NCBI GenBank assembly: GCA_964016885.1
Contig: OZ024742.1
Coordinates: 28,954,001 to 29,018,000, forward strand
Source of the DNA: Eledone cirrhosa
Taxonomy: Eukaryota
Direction: 5' to 3'
DNA length: 64,000 nt
Of this stretch, positions 28,100-42,300 are shown piece by piece. The notes under the pieces were generated by a model, which saw nothing but the letters and a program-made list of their open reading frames with translations, searched no databases and was not told the DNA's origin. Position numbers and translations under genes: made by a program. The stretch's first letter is position 1. Each line of letters opens with the position of its first letter.

Positions 28100-31000
28100 C
28101 CACGGTCAGTTGTATCTACCAATACATGCCACGTCTTGAGACACATGAGGCAGCCAAAGTGGTCCAATGACCACAGTCAGTTGTATCTACCAATACATCC
28201 CATGTCTTGAGACACATGAAGCAGCCAAAGTGGTCCAATGCCCACAGTCAGTTGTATCTACCCATACATGCCACGTCTTGAGACACATGAGGCAGCCAAA
28301 GTGGTCCAATGACCACAGTCAGTTGTATCTACCAATACATGCCACGTCTTGAGACACATGAGGCAGCCAAAGTGGTCCAATAACCACAGTCAGTTGTATC
28401 TACCAATACATGCCACGTCTTGAGACACATGAGGCAGCCAAAGTGGTCCAATGACCACAGTCAGTTGTATCTACCAATACATGCCACGTCTTGAGACACA
28501 TGAGGCAGCCAAAGTGGTCCAATGACCACAGTCAGTTGTATCTACCAATACATCCCACGTCTTGAGACACATGAGGCAGCCAAAGTGGTCCAATGACCAC
28601 AGTCAGTTGTATCTACCAATACATCCCACGTCTTGAGACACATGAGGCAGCCAAAGTGGTCCACTGACCACAGTCAGTTGTATCTACCAATACATGCCAC
28701 GTCTTGAGACACATGAGGCAGCCAAAGTGGTCCAATGACCACAGTCAGTTGTATCTACCAATACATCCCATGTCTTGAGACACATGAAGCAGCCAAAGTG
28801 GTCCAATGACCACATTCAGTTGTATCTACCCATACATGCCACGTCTTGAGACACATGAGGCAGCCAAAGTGGTCCAATGACCACAGTCAGTTGTATCTAC
28901 CAATACATGCCACGTCTTGAGACACATGAGGCAGACAAAGTGGTTCAATGACCACAGTTAGTTATATCTACCAATACATCCCATGTCTTGAGACACATGA
29001 GGCAGCCAAAGTGGTCCAATGACCACAGTCAGTTGTATCTACCAATACATCCCACGTCTTGAGACACATGAGGCAGCCAAAGTGGTCCAATGACCACAGT
29101 CAGTTGTATCTACCAATACATCCCATGTCTTGAGACACATGAAGCAGCCAAAGTGGTCCAATGACCACGGTCAGTTGTATCTACCAATACATCCCACGTC
29201 TTGAGACACATGAAGCAGCCAAAGTGGTCCAATGACCACAGTCAGTTGTATCTACCAATACATCCCACGTCTTGAGACACATGAGGCAGCCAAAGTGGTC
29301 CAATGACCACAGTCAGTTGTATCTACCAATACATGCCACGTCTTGAGACACATGAGGCAGCCAAAGTGGTCCAATGACCACAGTCAGTTGTATCTACCAA
29401 TACATGCCACGTCTTGAGACACATGAGGCAGCCAAAGTGGTCCAATGACCACAGTCAGTTGTATCTACCAATACATCCCACGTCTTGAGACACATGAGGC
29501 AGTCAAAGTGGTCCAATGACCACAGTCAGTTGTATCTACCAATACATCCCACGTCTTGAGACACATGAGGCAGCTAAGTGGTCCAATGACCACAGTCAGT
29601 TGTATCTACCAATACATGCCACGTCTTGAGACACATGAGGCAGCCAAAGTGGTCCAATGAGCACAGTCAGTTGTATCTACCAATACATCCCTCGTCTTGA
29701 GACACTTGAGGCAGCCAAAGTGGTCCAATGACCACGGTCAGTTGTATCTACCAATACATGCCACGTCTTGAGAAACATGAGGCAGCCAAAGTGGTCCAAT
29801 GACCACGGTCAGTTGTATCTACCAATACATGCCACGTCTTGAGACACATGAGGCAGCCAAAGTGGTCCAATGACCACAGTCAGTTGTATCTACCAATACA
29901 TCCCATGTCTTGAGACACATGAAGCAGCCAAAGTGGTCCAATGACCATAGTCAGTTGTATCTACCCATACATGCCACGTCTTGAGACACATGAGGCAGCC
30001 AAAGTGGTCCAATGACCACAGTCAGTTGTATCTACCAATACATGCCACGTCTTGAGACACATGAGGCAGACAAAGTGGTCCAATGACCACAGTCAGTTAT
30101 ATCTACCAATACATCCCATGTCTTGAGACACATGAGGCAGCCAAAGTGGTCCAATGACCACAGTCAGTTGTATCTACCAATACCTCCCACGTCTTGAGAC
30201 ACATGAGGCAGCCAAAGTGGTCTAATGACCACAGTCAGTTGTATCTACCAATACATCCCATGTCTTGAGACACATGAGGTAGCCAAAGTGGTCCAATGAC
30301 CACAGTCAGTTGTATCGACCAATACATCCCACGTCTTGAGACACATGAGGCAGCCAAAGTGGTCCAATGACCACAGTCAGTTGTATCTACCAATACATCC
30401 CATGTCTTGAGACACATGAAGCAGCCAAAGTGGTCCAATGACCACAGTCAGTTGTATCTACCAATACATCCCATGTCTTGAGACACACGAGGCAGCCAAA
30501 GTGGTCCAATGACCACAGTCAGTTGTATCTACCAATACATGCCACGTCTTGAGACACATGAGGCAGCCAAAGTGGTCCAATGACCACAGTCAGTTGTATC
30601 TACCAATACATGCCACGTCTTGAGACACATGAGGCAGCCAAAGTGGTCCAATGACCACAGTCAGTTGTATCTACCAATACATCCCACGTCTTGAGACACA
30701 TGAGGCAGCCAAAGTGGTCCAATGACCACAGTCAGTTGTATCTACCAATACATCCCACGTCTTGAGACACATGAGGCAGCCAAAGTGGTCCAATGACCAC
30801 AGTCAGTTGTATCTACCAATACATGCCACGTCTTGAGACACATGAGGCAGCCAAAGTGGTCCAATGAGCACAGTCAGTTGTATCTACCAATACATCCCAC
30901 GTCTTGAGACACCTGAGGCAGCCAAAGTGGTCCAATGACCACGGTCAGTTGTATCTACCAATACATGCCACGTCTTGAGAAACATGAGGCAGCCAAAGTG

Positions 31001-34000
31001 GTCCAATGACCACGGTCAGTTGTATCTACCAATACATGCCACGTCTTGAGACACATGAGGCAGCCAAAGTGGTCCAATGACCACAGTCAGTTGTATCTAC
31101 CAATACATCCCATGTCTTGAGACACATGAAGCAGCCAAAGTGGTCCAATGACCACAGTCAGTTGTATCTACCAATACATGCCACGTCTTGAGACACATGA
31201 GGCAGCCAAAGTGGTCCAATGACCACAGTCAGTTGTATCTACCAATACATGCCACGTCTTGAGACACATGAGGCAGCCAAAGTGGTCCAATGACCACAGT
31301 CAGTTGTATCTACCAATACATCCCACGTCTTGAGACACATGAGGCAGCCAAAGTGGTCCAATGACCACAGTCAGTTGTATCTACCAATACATCCCATGTC
31401 TTGAGACACATGAAGCAGCCAAAGTGGTCCAATGCCCACAGTCAGTTGTATCTACCCATACATGCCACGTCTTGAGACACATGAGGCAGCCAAAGTGGTC
31501 CAATGACCACAGTCAGTTGTATCTACCAATACATCCCACGTCTTGAGACACATGAGGCAGCCAAAGTGGTCCAATGACCACAGTCAGTTGTATCTACCAA
31601 TACATCCCATGTCTTGAGACACATGAAGCAGCCAAAGTGGTCCAATGCCCACAGTCAGTTGTATCTACCCATACATGCCACGTCTTGAGACACATGAGGC
31701 AGCCAAAGTGGTCCAATGACCACAGTCAGTTGTATCTACCAATACATGCCACGTCTTGAGACACATGAGGCAGCCAAAGTGGTCCAATAACCACAGTCAG
31801 TTGTATCTACCAATACATGCCACGTCTTGAGACACATGAGGCAGCCAAAGTGGTCCAATGACCACAGTCAGTTGTATCTACCAATACATGCCACGTCTTG
31901 AGACACATGAGGCAGCCAAAGTGGTCCAATGACCACAGTCAGTTGTATCTACCAATACATCCCACGTCTTGAGACACATGAGGCAGCCAAAGTGGTCCAA
32001 TGACCACAGTCAGTTGTATCTACCAATACATCCCACGTCTTGAGACACATGAGGCAGCCAAAGTGGTCCACTGACCACAGTCAGTTGTATCTACCAATAC
32101 ATCCCACGTCTTGAGACACATGAGGCAGCCAAAGTGGTCCACTGACCACAGTCAGTTGTATCTACCAATACATGCCACGTCTTGAGACACATGAGGCAGC
32201 CAAAGTGGTCCAATGACCACAGTCAGTTGTATCTACCAATACATCCCATGTCTTGAGACACATGAAGCAGCCAAAGTGGTCCAATGACCACATTCAGTTG
32301 TATCTACCCATACATGCCACGTCTTGAGACACATGAGGCAGCCAAAGTGGTCCAATGACCACAGTCAGTTGTATCTACCAATACATGCCACGTCTTGAGA
32401 CACGTGAGGCAGACAAAGTGGTCCAATGACCACAGTTAGTTATATCTACCAATACATCCCATGTCTTGAGACACATGAGGCAGCCAAAGTGGTCCAATGA
32501 CCACAGTCAGTTGTATCTACCAATACATCCCACGTCTTGAGACACATGAGGCAGCCAAAGTGGTCCAATGACCACAGTCAGTTGTATCTACCAATACATC
32601 CCATGTCTTGAGACACATGAAGCAGCCAAAGTGGTCCAATGACCACGGTCAGTTGTATCTACCAATACATCCCACGTCTTGAGACACATGAAGCAGCCAA
32701 AGTGGTCCAATGACCACAGTCAGTTGTATCTACCAATACATCCCACGTCTTGAGACACATGAGGCAGCCAAAGTGGTCCAATGACCACAGTCAGTTGTAT
32801 CTACCAATACATGCCACGTCTTGAGACACATGAGGCAGCCAAAGTGGTCCAATGACCACAGTCAGTTGTATCTACCAATACATGCCACGTCTTGAGACAC
32901 ATGAGGCAGCCAAAGTGGTCCAATGACCACAGTCAGTTGTATCTACCAATACATCCCACGTCTTGAGACACATGAGGCAGTCAAAGTGGTCCAATGACCA
33001 CAGTCAGTTGTATCTACCAATACATCCCACGTCTTGAGACACATGAGGCAGCTAAGTGGTCCAATGACCACAGTCAGTTGTATCTACCAATACATGCCAC
33101 GTCTTGAGACACATGAGGCAGCCAAAGTGGTCCAATGAGCACAGTCAGTTGTATCTACCAATACATCCCTCGTCTTGAGACACTTGAGGCAGCCAAAGTG
33201 GTCCAATGACCACGGTCAGTTGTATCTACCAATACATGCCACGTCTTGAGAAAGATGAGGCAGCCAAAGTGGTCCAATGACCACGGTCAGTTGTATCTAC
33301 CAATACATGCCACGTCTTGAGACACATGAGGCAGCCAAAGTGGTCCAATGACCACAGTCAGTTGTATCTACCAATACATCCCATGTCTTGAGACACATGA
33401 AGCAGCCAAAGTGGTCCAATGACCACAGTCAGTTGTATCTACCCATACATGCCACGTCTTGAGACACATGAGGCAGCCAAAGTGGTCCAATGACCACAGT
33501 CAGTTGTATCTACCAATACATGCCACGTCTTGAGACACATGAGGCAGACAAAGTGGTCCAATGACCACAGTCAGTTATATCTACCAATACATCCCATGTC
33601 TTGAGACACATGAGGCAGCCAAAGTGGTCCAATGACCACAGTCAGTTGTATCTACCAATACCTCCCACGTCTTGAGACACATGAGGCAGCCAAAGTGGTC
33701 TAATGACCACAGTCAGTTGTATCTACCAATACATCCCATGTCTTGAGACACATGAGGCAGCCAAAGTGGTCCAATGACCACAGTCAGTTGTATCGACCAA
33801 TACATCCCACGTCTTGAGACACATGAGGCAGCCAAAGTGGTCCAATGACCACAGTCAGTTGTATCTACCAATACATCCCATGTCTTGAGACACATGAAGC
33901 AGCCAAAGTGGTCCAATGACCACAGTCAGTTGTATCTACCAATACATCCCATGTCTTGAGACACACGAGGCAGCCAAAGTGGTCCAATGACCACAGTCAG

Positions 34001-37000
34001 TTGTATCTACCAATACATGCCACGTCTTGAGACACATGAGGCAGCCAAAGTGGTCCAATGACCACAGTCAGTTGTATCTACCAATACATGCCACGTCTTG
34101 AGACACATGAGGCAGCCAAAGTGGTCCAATGACCACAGTCAGTTGTATCTACCAATACATCCCACGTCTTGAGACACATGAGGCAGCCAAAGTGGTCCAA
34201 TGACCACAGTGAGTTGTATCTACCAATACATCCCACGTCTTGAGACACATGAGGCAGCCAAAGTGGTCCAATGACCACAGTCAGTTGTATCTACCAATAC
34301 ATGCCACGTCTTGAGACACATGAGGCAGCCAAAGTGGTCCAATGAGCACAGTCAGTTGTATCTACCAATACATCCCACGTCTTGAGACACCTGAGGCAGC
34401 CAAAGTGGTCCAATGACCACGGTCAGTTGTATCTACCAATACATGCCACGTCTTGAGAAACATGAGGCAGCCAAAGTGGTCCAATGACCACGGTCAGTTG
34501 TATCTACCAATACATGCCACGTCTTGAGACACATGAGGCAGCCAAAGTGGTCCAATGACCACAGTCAGTTGTATCTACCAATACATCCCATGTCTTGAGA
34601 CACATGAAGCAGCCAAAGTGGTCCAATGACCACAGTCAGTTGTATCTACCAATACATGCCACGTCTTGAGACACATGAGGCAGCCAAAGTGGTCCAATGA
34701 CCACAGTCAGTTGTATCTACCAATACATGCCACGTCTTGAGACACATGAGGCAGCCAAAGTGGTCCAATAACCACAGTCAGTTGTATCTACCAATACATG
34801 CCACGTCTTGAGACACATGAGGCAGCCAAAGTGGTCCAATGACCACAGTCAGTTGTATCTACCAATACATGCCACGTCTTGAGACACATGAGGCAGCCAA
34901 AGTGGTCCAATGACCACAGTCAGTTGTATCTACCAATACATCCCATGTCTTGAGACACATGAAGCAGCCAAAGTGGTCCAATGCCCACAGTCAGTTGTAT
35001 CTACCCATACATGTCACGTCTTGAGACACATGAGGCAGCCAAAGTGGTCCAATGACCACAGTCAGTTGTATCTACCAATACATGCCACGTCTTGAGACAC
35101 ATGAGGCAGCCAAAGTGGTCCAATAACCACAGTCAGTTGTATCTACCAATACATGCCACGTCTTGAGACACATGAGGCAGCCAAAGTGGTCCAATGACCA
35201 CAGTCAGTTGTATCTACCAATACATGCCACGTCTTGAGACACATGAGGCAGCCAAAGTGGTCCAATGACCACAGTCAGTTGTATCTACCAATACATCCCA
35301 CGTCTTGAGACACATGAGGCAGCCAAAGTGGTCCAATGACCACAGTCAGTTGTATCTACCAATACATCCCACGTCTTGAGACACATGAGGCAGCCAAAGT
35401 GGTCCACTGACCACAGTCAGTTGTATCTACCAATACATGCCACGTCTTGAGACACATGAGGCAGCCAAAGTGGTCCAATGACCACAGTCAGTTGTATCTA
35501 CCAATACATCCCATGTCTTGAGACACATGAAGCAGCCAAAGTGGTCCAATGACCACATTCAGTTGTATCTACCCATACATGCCACGTCTTGAGACACATG
35601 AGGCAGCCAAAGTGGTCCAATGACCACAGTCAGTTGTATCTACCAATACATGCCACGTCTTGAGACACATGAGGCAGACAAAGTGGTCCAATGACCACAG
35701 TTAGTTATATCTACCAATACATCCCATGTCTTGAGACACATGAGGCAGCCAAAGTGGTCCAATGACCACAGTCAGTTGTATCTACCAATACATCCCACGT
35801 CTTGAGACACATGAGGCAGCCAAAGTGGTCCAATGACCACAGTCAGTTGTATCTACCAATACATCCCATGTCTTGAGACACATGAAGCAGCCAAAGTGGT
35901 CCAATGACCACGGTCAGTTGTATCTACCAATACATCCCACGTCTTGAGACACATGAAGCAGCCAAAGTGGTCCAATGACCACAGTCAGTTGTATCTACCA
36001 ATACATCCCACGTCTTGAGACACATGAGGCAGCCAAAGTGGTCCAATGACCACAGTCAGTTGTATCTACCAATACATGCCACGTCTTGAGACACATGAGG
36101 CAGCCAAAGTGGTCCAATGACCACAGTCAGTTGTATCTACCAATACATGCCACGTCTTGAGACACATGAGGCAGCCAAAGTGGTCCAATGACCACAGTCA
36201 GTTGTATCTACCAATACATCCCACGTCTTGAGACACATGAGGCAGTCAAAGTGGTCCAATGACCACAGTCAGTTGTATCTACCAATACATCCCACGTCTT
36301 GAGACACATGAGGCAGCTAAGTGGTCCAATGACCACAGTCAGTTGTATCTACCAATACATGCCACGTCTTGAGACACATGAGGCAGCCAAAGTGGTCCAA
36401 TGAGCACAGTCAGTTGTATCTACCAATACATCCCTCGTCTTGAGACACTTGAGGCAGCCAAAGTGGTCCAATGACCACGGTCAGTTGTATCTACCAATAC
36501 ATGCCACGTCTTGAGAAACATGAGGCAGCCAAAGTGGTCCAATGACCACGGTCAGTTGTATCTACCAATACATGCCACGTCTTGAGACACATGAGGCAGC
36601 CAAAGTGGTCCAATGACCACAGTCAGTTGTATCTACCAATACATCCCATGTCTTGAGACACATGAAGCAGCCAAAGTGGTCCAATGACCACAGTCAGTTG
36701 TATCTACCCATACATGCCACGTCTTGAGACACATGAGGCAGCCAAAGTGGTCCAATGACCACAGTCAGTTGTATCTACCAATACATGCCACGTCTTGAGA
36801 CACATGAGGCAGACAAAGTGGTCCAATGACCACAGTCAGTTATATCTACCAATACATCCCATGTCTTGAGACACATGAGGCAGCCAAAGTGGTCCAATGA
36901 CCACAGTCAGTTGTATCTACCAATACCTCCCACGTCTTGAGACACATGAGGCAGCCAAAGTGGTCTAATGACCACAGTCAGTTGTATCTACCAATACATC

Positions 37001-38200
37001 CCATGTCTTGAGACACATGAGGCAGCCAAAGTGGTCCAATGACCACAGTCAGTTGTATCGACCAATACATCCCACGTCTTGAGACACATGAGGCAGCCAA
37101 AGTGGTCCAATGACCACAGTCAGTTGTATCTACCAATACATCCCATGTCTTGAGACACATGAAGCAGCCAAAGTGGTCCAATGACCACAGTCAGTTGTAT
37201 CTACCAATACATCCCATGTCTTGAGACACACGAGGCAGCCAAAGTGGTCCAATGACCACAGTCAGTTGTATCTACCAATACATGCCACGTCTTGAGACAC
37301 ATGAGGCAGCCAAAGTGGTCCAATGACCACAGTCAGTTGTATCTACCAATACATGCCACGTCTTGAGACACATGAGGCAGCCAAAGTGGTCCAATGACCA
37401 CAGTCAGTTGTATCTACCAATACATCCCACGTCTTGAGACACATGAGGCAGCCAAAGTGGTCCAATGACCACAGTCAGTTGTATCTACCAATACATCCCA
37501 CGTCTTGAGACACATGAGGCAGCCAAAGTGGTCCAATGACCACAGTCAGTTGTATCTACCAATACATGCCACGTCTTGAGACACATGAGGCAGCCAAAGT
37601 GGTCCAATGAGCACAGTCAGTTGTATCTACCAATACATCCCACGTCTTGAGACACCTGAGGCAGCCAAAGTGGTCCAATGACCACGGTCAGTTGTATCTA
37701 CCAATACATGCCACGTCTTGAGAAACATGAGGCAGCCAAAGTGGTCCAATGACCACGGTCAGTTGTATCTACCAATACATGCCACGTCTTGAGACACATG
37801 AGGCAGCCAAAGTGGTCCAATGACCACAGTCAGTTGTATCTACCAATACATCCCATGTCTTGAGACACATGAAGCAGCCAAAGTGGTCCAATGACCACAG
37901 TCAGTTGTATCTACCAATACATGCCACGTCTTGAGACACATGAGGCAGCCAAAGTGGTCCAATGACCACAGTCAGTTGTATCTACCAATACATGCCACGT
38001 CTTGAGACACATGAGGCAGCCAAAGTGGTCCAATAACCACAGTCAGTTGTATCTACCAATACATGCCACGTCTTGAGACACATGAGGCAGCCAAAGTGGT
38101 CCAATGACCACAGTCAGTTGTATCTACCAATACATGCCACGTCTTGAGACACATGAGGCAGCCAAAGTGGTCCAATGACCACAGTCAGTTGTATCTACCA
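28100..38200. repeat. Three copies of a 46-49-monomer HOR marked by a 70-bp deletion monomer
   Basis: The GCAGCTAAG deletion monomer lies at 29573, 33051 and 36316, with spacings 3478 = 49x71-1 and 3265 = 46x71-1. ORFs 30235/33713/36978 show the same offsets. Boundaries are approximate. Confidence 0.9.
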
Positions 38201-39399
38201 ATACATGCCACGTCTTGAGACACATGAGACAGCCAAAGTGGTCCAATGACCACAGTCAGTTGTATCTACCAATACATCCCACGTCTTGAGACACATGAGG
38301 CAGCCAAAGTGGTCCACTGACCACAGTCAGTTGTATCTACCAATACATGCCACGTCTTGAGAAACATGAGGCAGCCAAAGTGGTCCAATGACCACGGTCA
38401 GTTGTATCTACCAATACATGCCACGTCTTGAGACACATGAGGCAGCCAAAGTGGTCCAATGACCACAGTCAGTTGTATCTACCAATACATCCCATGTCTT
38501 GAGACACATGAAGCAGCCAAAGTGGTCCAATGACCACAGTCAGTTGTATCTACCCATACATGCCACGTCTTGAGACACATGAGGCAGCCAAAGTGGTCCA
38601 ATGACCACAGTCAGTTGTATCTACCAATACATGCCACGTCTTGAGACACATGAGGCAGACAAAGTGGTCCAATGACCACAGTCAGTTATATCTACCAATA
38701 CATCCCATGTCTTGAGACACATGAGGCAGCCAAAGTGGTCCAATGACCACAGTCAGTTGTATCTACCAATACCTCCCACGTCTTGAGACACATGAGGCAG
38801 CCAAAGTGGTCTAATGACCACAGTCATTTGTATCTACCAATACATCCCATGTCTTGAGACACATGAGGCAGCCAAAGTGGTCCGATGACCACAGTCAGTT
38901 GTATCGACCAATACATCCCACGTCTTGAGACACATGAGGCAGCCAAAGTGGTCCAATGACCACAGTCAGTTGTATCTACCAATACATCCCACGTCTTGAG
39001 ACACCTGAGGCAGCCAAAGTGGTCCAATGACCACGGTCAGTTGTATCTACCAATACATGCCACGTCTTGAGAAACATGAGGCAGCCAAAGTGGTCCAATG
39101 ACCACGGTCAGTTGTATCTACCAATACATGCCACGTCTTGAGACACATGAGGCAGCCAAAGTGGTCCAATGACCACAGTCAGTTGTATCTACCAATACAT
39201 CCCATGTCTTGAGACACATGAAGCAGCCAAAGTGGTCCAATGACCACAGTCAGTTGTATCTACCAATACATGCCACGTCTTGAGACACATGAGGCAGCCA
39301 AAGTGGTCCAATGACCACAGTCAGTTGTATCTACCAATACATGCCACGTCTTGAGACACATGAGGCAGCCAAAGTGGTCCAATAACCACAGTCAGTTGT

Positions 39400-42300
39400 A
39401 TCTACCAATACATGCCACGTCTTGAGACACATGAGGCAGCCAAAGTGTTCCAATGACCACAGTCAGTTGTATCTACCAATACATGCCACGTCTTGAGACA
39501 CATGAGGCAGCCAAAGTGGTCCAATGACCACAGTCAGTTGTATCTACCAATACATCCCACGTCTTGAGACACATGAGACAGCCAAAGTGGTCCAATGACC
39601 ACAGTCAGTTGTATCTACCAATACATCCCACGTCTTGAGACACATGAGGCAGCCAAAGTGGTCCACTGACCACAGTCAGTTGTATCTACCAATACATGCC
39701 ACGTCTTGAGAAACATGAGGCAGCCAAAGTGGTCCAATGACCACGGTCAGTTGTATCTACCAATACATGCCACGTCTTGAGACACATGAGGCAGCCAAAG
39801 TGGTCCAATGACCACAGTCAGTTGTATCTACCAATACATCCCATGTCTTGAGACACATGAAGCAGCCAAAGTGGTCCAATGACCACAGTCAGTTGTATCT
39901 ACCCATACATGCCACGTCTTGAGACACATGAGGCAGCCAAAGTGGTCCAATGACCACAGTCAGTTGTATCTACCAATACATGCCACGTCTTGAGACACAT
40001 GAGGCAGACAAAGTGGTCCAATGACCACAGTCAGTTATATCTACCAATACATCCCATGTCTTGAGACACATGAGGCAGCCAAAGTGGTCCAATGACCACA
40101 GTCAGTTGTATCTACCAATACCTCCCACGTCTTGAGACACATGAGGCAGCCAAAGTGGTCTAATGACCACAGTCATTTGTATCTACCAATACATCCCATG
40201 TCTTGAGACACATGAGGCAGCCAAAGTGGTCCGATGACCACAGTCAGTTGTATCGACCAATACATCCCACGTCTTGAGACACATGAGGCAGCCAAAGTGG
40301 TCCAATGACCACAGTCAGTTGTATCTACCAATACATCCCACGTCTTGAGACACCTGAGGCAGCCAAAGTGGTCCAATGACCACGGTCAGTTGTATCTACC
40401 AATACATGCCACGTCTTGAGAAACATGAGGCAGCCAAAGTGGTCCAATGACCACGGTCAGTTGTATCTACCAATACATGCCACGTCTTGAGACACATGAG
40501 GCAGCCAAAGTGGTCCAATGACCACAGTCAGTTGTATCTACCAATACATCCCATGTCTTGAGACACATGAAGCAGACAAAGTGGTCCAATGACCACAGTC
40601 AGTTGTATCTACCCATACATGCCACGTCTTGAGACACATGAGGCAGCCAAAGTGGTCCAATGACCACAGTCAGTTGTATCTACCAATACATGCCACGTCT
40701 TGAGACACATGAGGCAGACAAAGTGGTCCAATGACCACAGTCAGTTATATCTACCAATACATCCCATGTCTTGAGACACATGAGGCAGCCAAAGTGGTCC
40801 AATGAGCACAGTCAGTTGTATCTACCAATACATCCCACGTCTTGAGACACCTGAGGCAGCCAAAGTGGTCCAATGACCACGGTCAGTTGTATCTATCAAT
40901 ACATGCCACGTCTTGAGAAACATGAGGCAGCCAAAGTGGTCCAATGACCACGGTCAGTTGTATCTACCAATACATGCCACGTCTTGAGACACATGAGGCA
41001 GCCAAAGTGGTCCAATGACCACAGTCAGTTGTATCTACCAATACATCCCATGTCTTGAGACACATGAAGCAGCCAAAGTGGTCCAATGACCACAGTCAGT
41101 TGTATCTACCCATACATGCCACGTCTTGAGACACATGAGGCAGCCAAAGTGGTCCAATGACCACAGTCAGTTGTATCTACCAATACATGCCACGTCTTGA
41201 GACACATGAGGCAGACAAAGTGGTCCAATGACCACAGTCAGTTATATCTACCAATACATCCCATGTCTTGAGACACATGAGGCAGCCAAAGTGGTCCAAT
41301 GACCACAGTCAGTTGTATCTACCAATGCATCCCACGTCTTGAGACACATGAGGCAGCCAAAGTTGTCCAATGACCACAGTCAGTTGTATCTACCAATACA
41401 TCCCATGTCTTGAGACACATGAAGCAGCCAAAGTGGTCCAATGACCACAGTCAGTTGTATCTACCAATACATCCCATGTCTTGAGACACATGAGGCCGCC
41501 AAAGTGGTCCAATGACCACAGTCAGTTGTATCTACCAATACATGCCACGTCTTGAGACACATGAGGCAGCCAAAGTGGTCCAATGACCACAGTCAGTTGT
41601 ATTTACCAATACATCCCACGTCTTGAGACACATGAGGCAGCCAAAGTGGTCCAATGACCACAGTCAGTTGTATCTACCAATACATCCCACGTCTTGAGAC
41701 ACATGAAGCAGCCAAAGTGGTCCAATGACCACAGTCAGTTGTATCTACCAATACATCCCATGCCTTGAGACACATGAGGCAGCCAAAGTGGTCCAATGAC
41801 CACAGTCAGTTGTATCTACCAATACATGCCACGTCTTGAGACACATGAGGCAGCCAAAGTGGTCCAATGACCACAGTCAGTTGTATCTACCAATACATCC
41901 CACGTCTTGAGACACATGAGGCAGCCAAAGTGGTCCAATCACCACAGTCAGTTGTATCTACCAATACATGCCACGTCTTGAGACACATGAGGCAGCCAAA
42001 GTGGTCCAATGACCACAGTCAGTTGTATCTACCAATACATGCCACGTCTTGAGACACATGAGGCAGCCAAAGTGGTCCAATGACCACAGTCAGTTGTATC
42101 TACCAATACATCCCACGTCTTGAGACACACGAGGCAGCCAAAGTGGTCCAATGACCACAGTCAGTTGTATCTACAAATACATCCCACGTCTTGAGACACA
42201 TGAAGCAGCCAAAGTGGTCCAATGACCACGTTCAGTTATATCTACCAATACATCCCACGTCTTGAGACACATGAGGCAGCCAAAGTGGTCCAATGACCAC

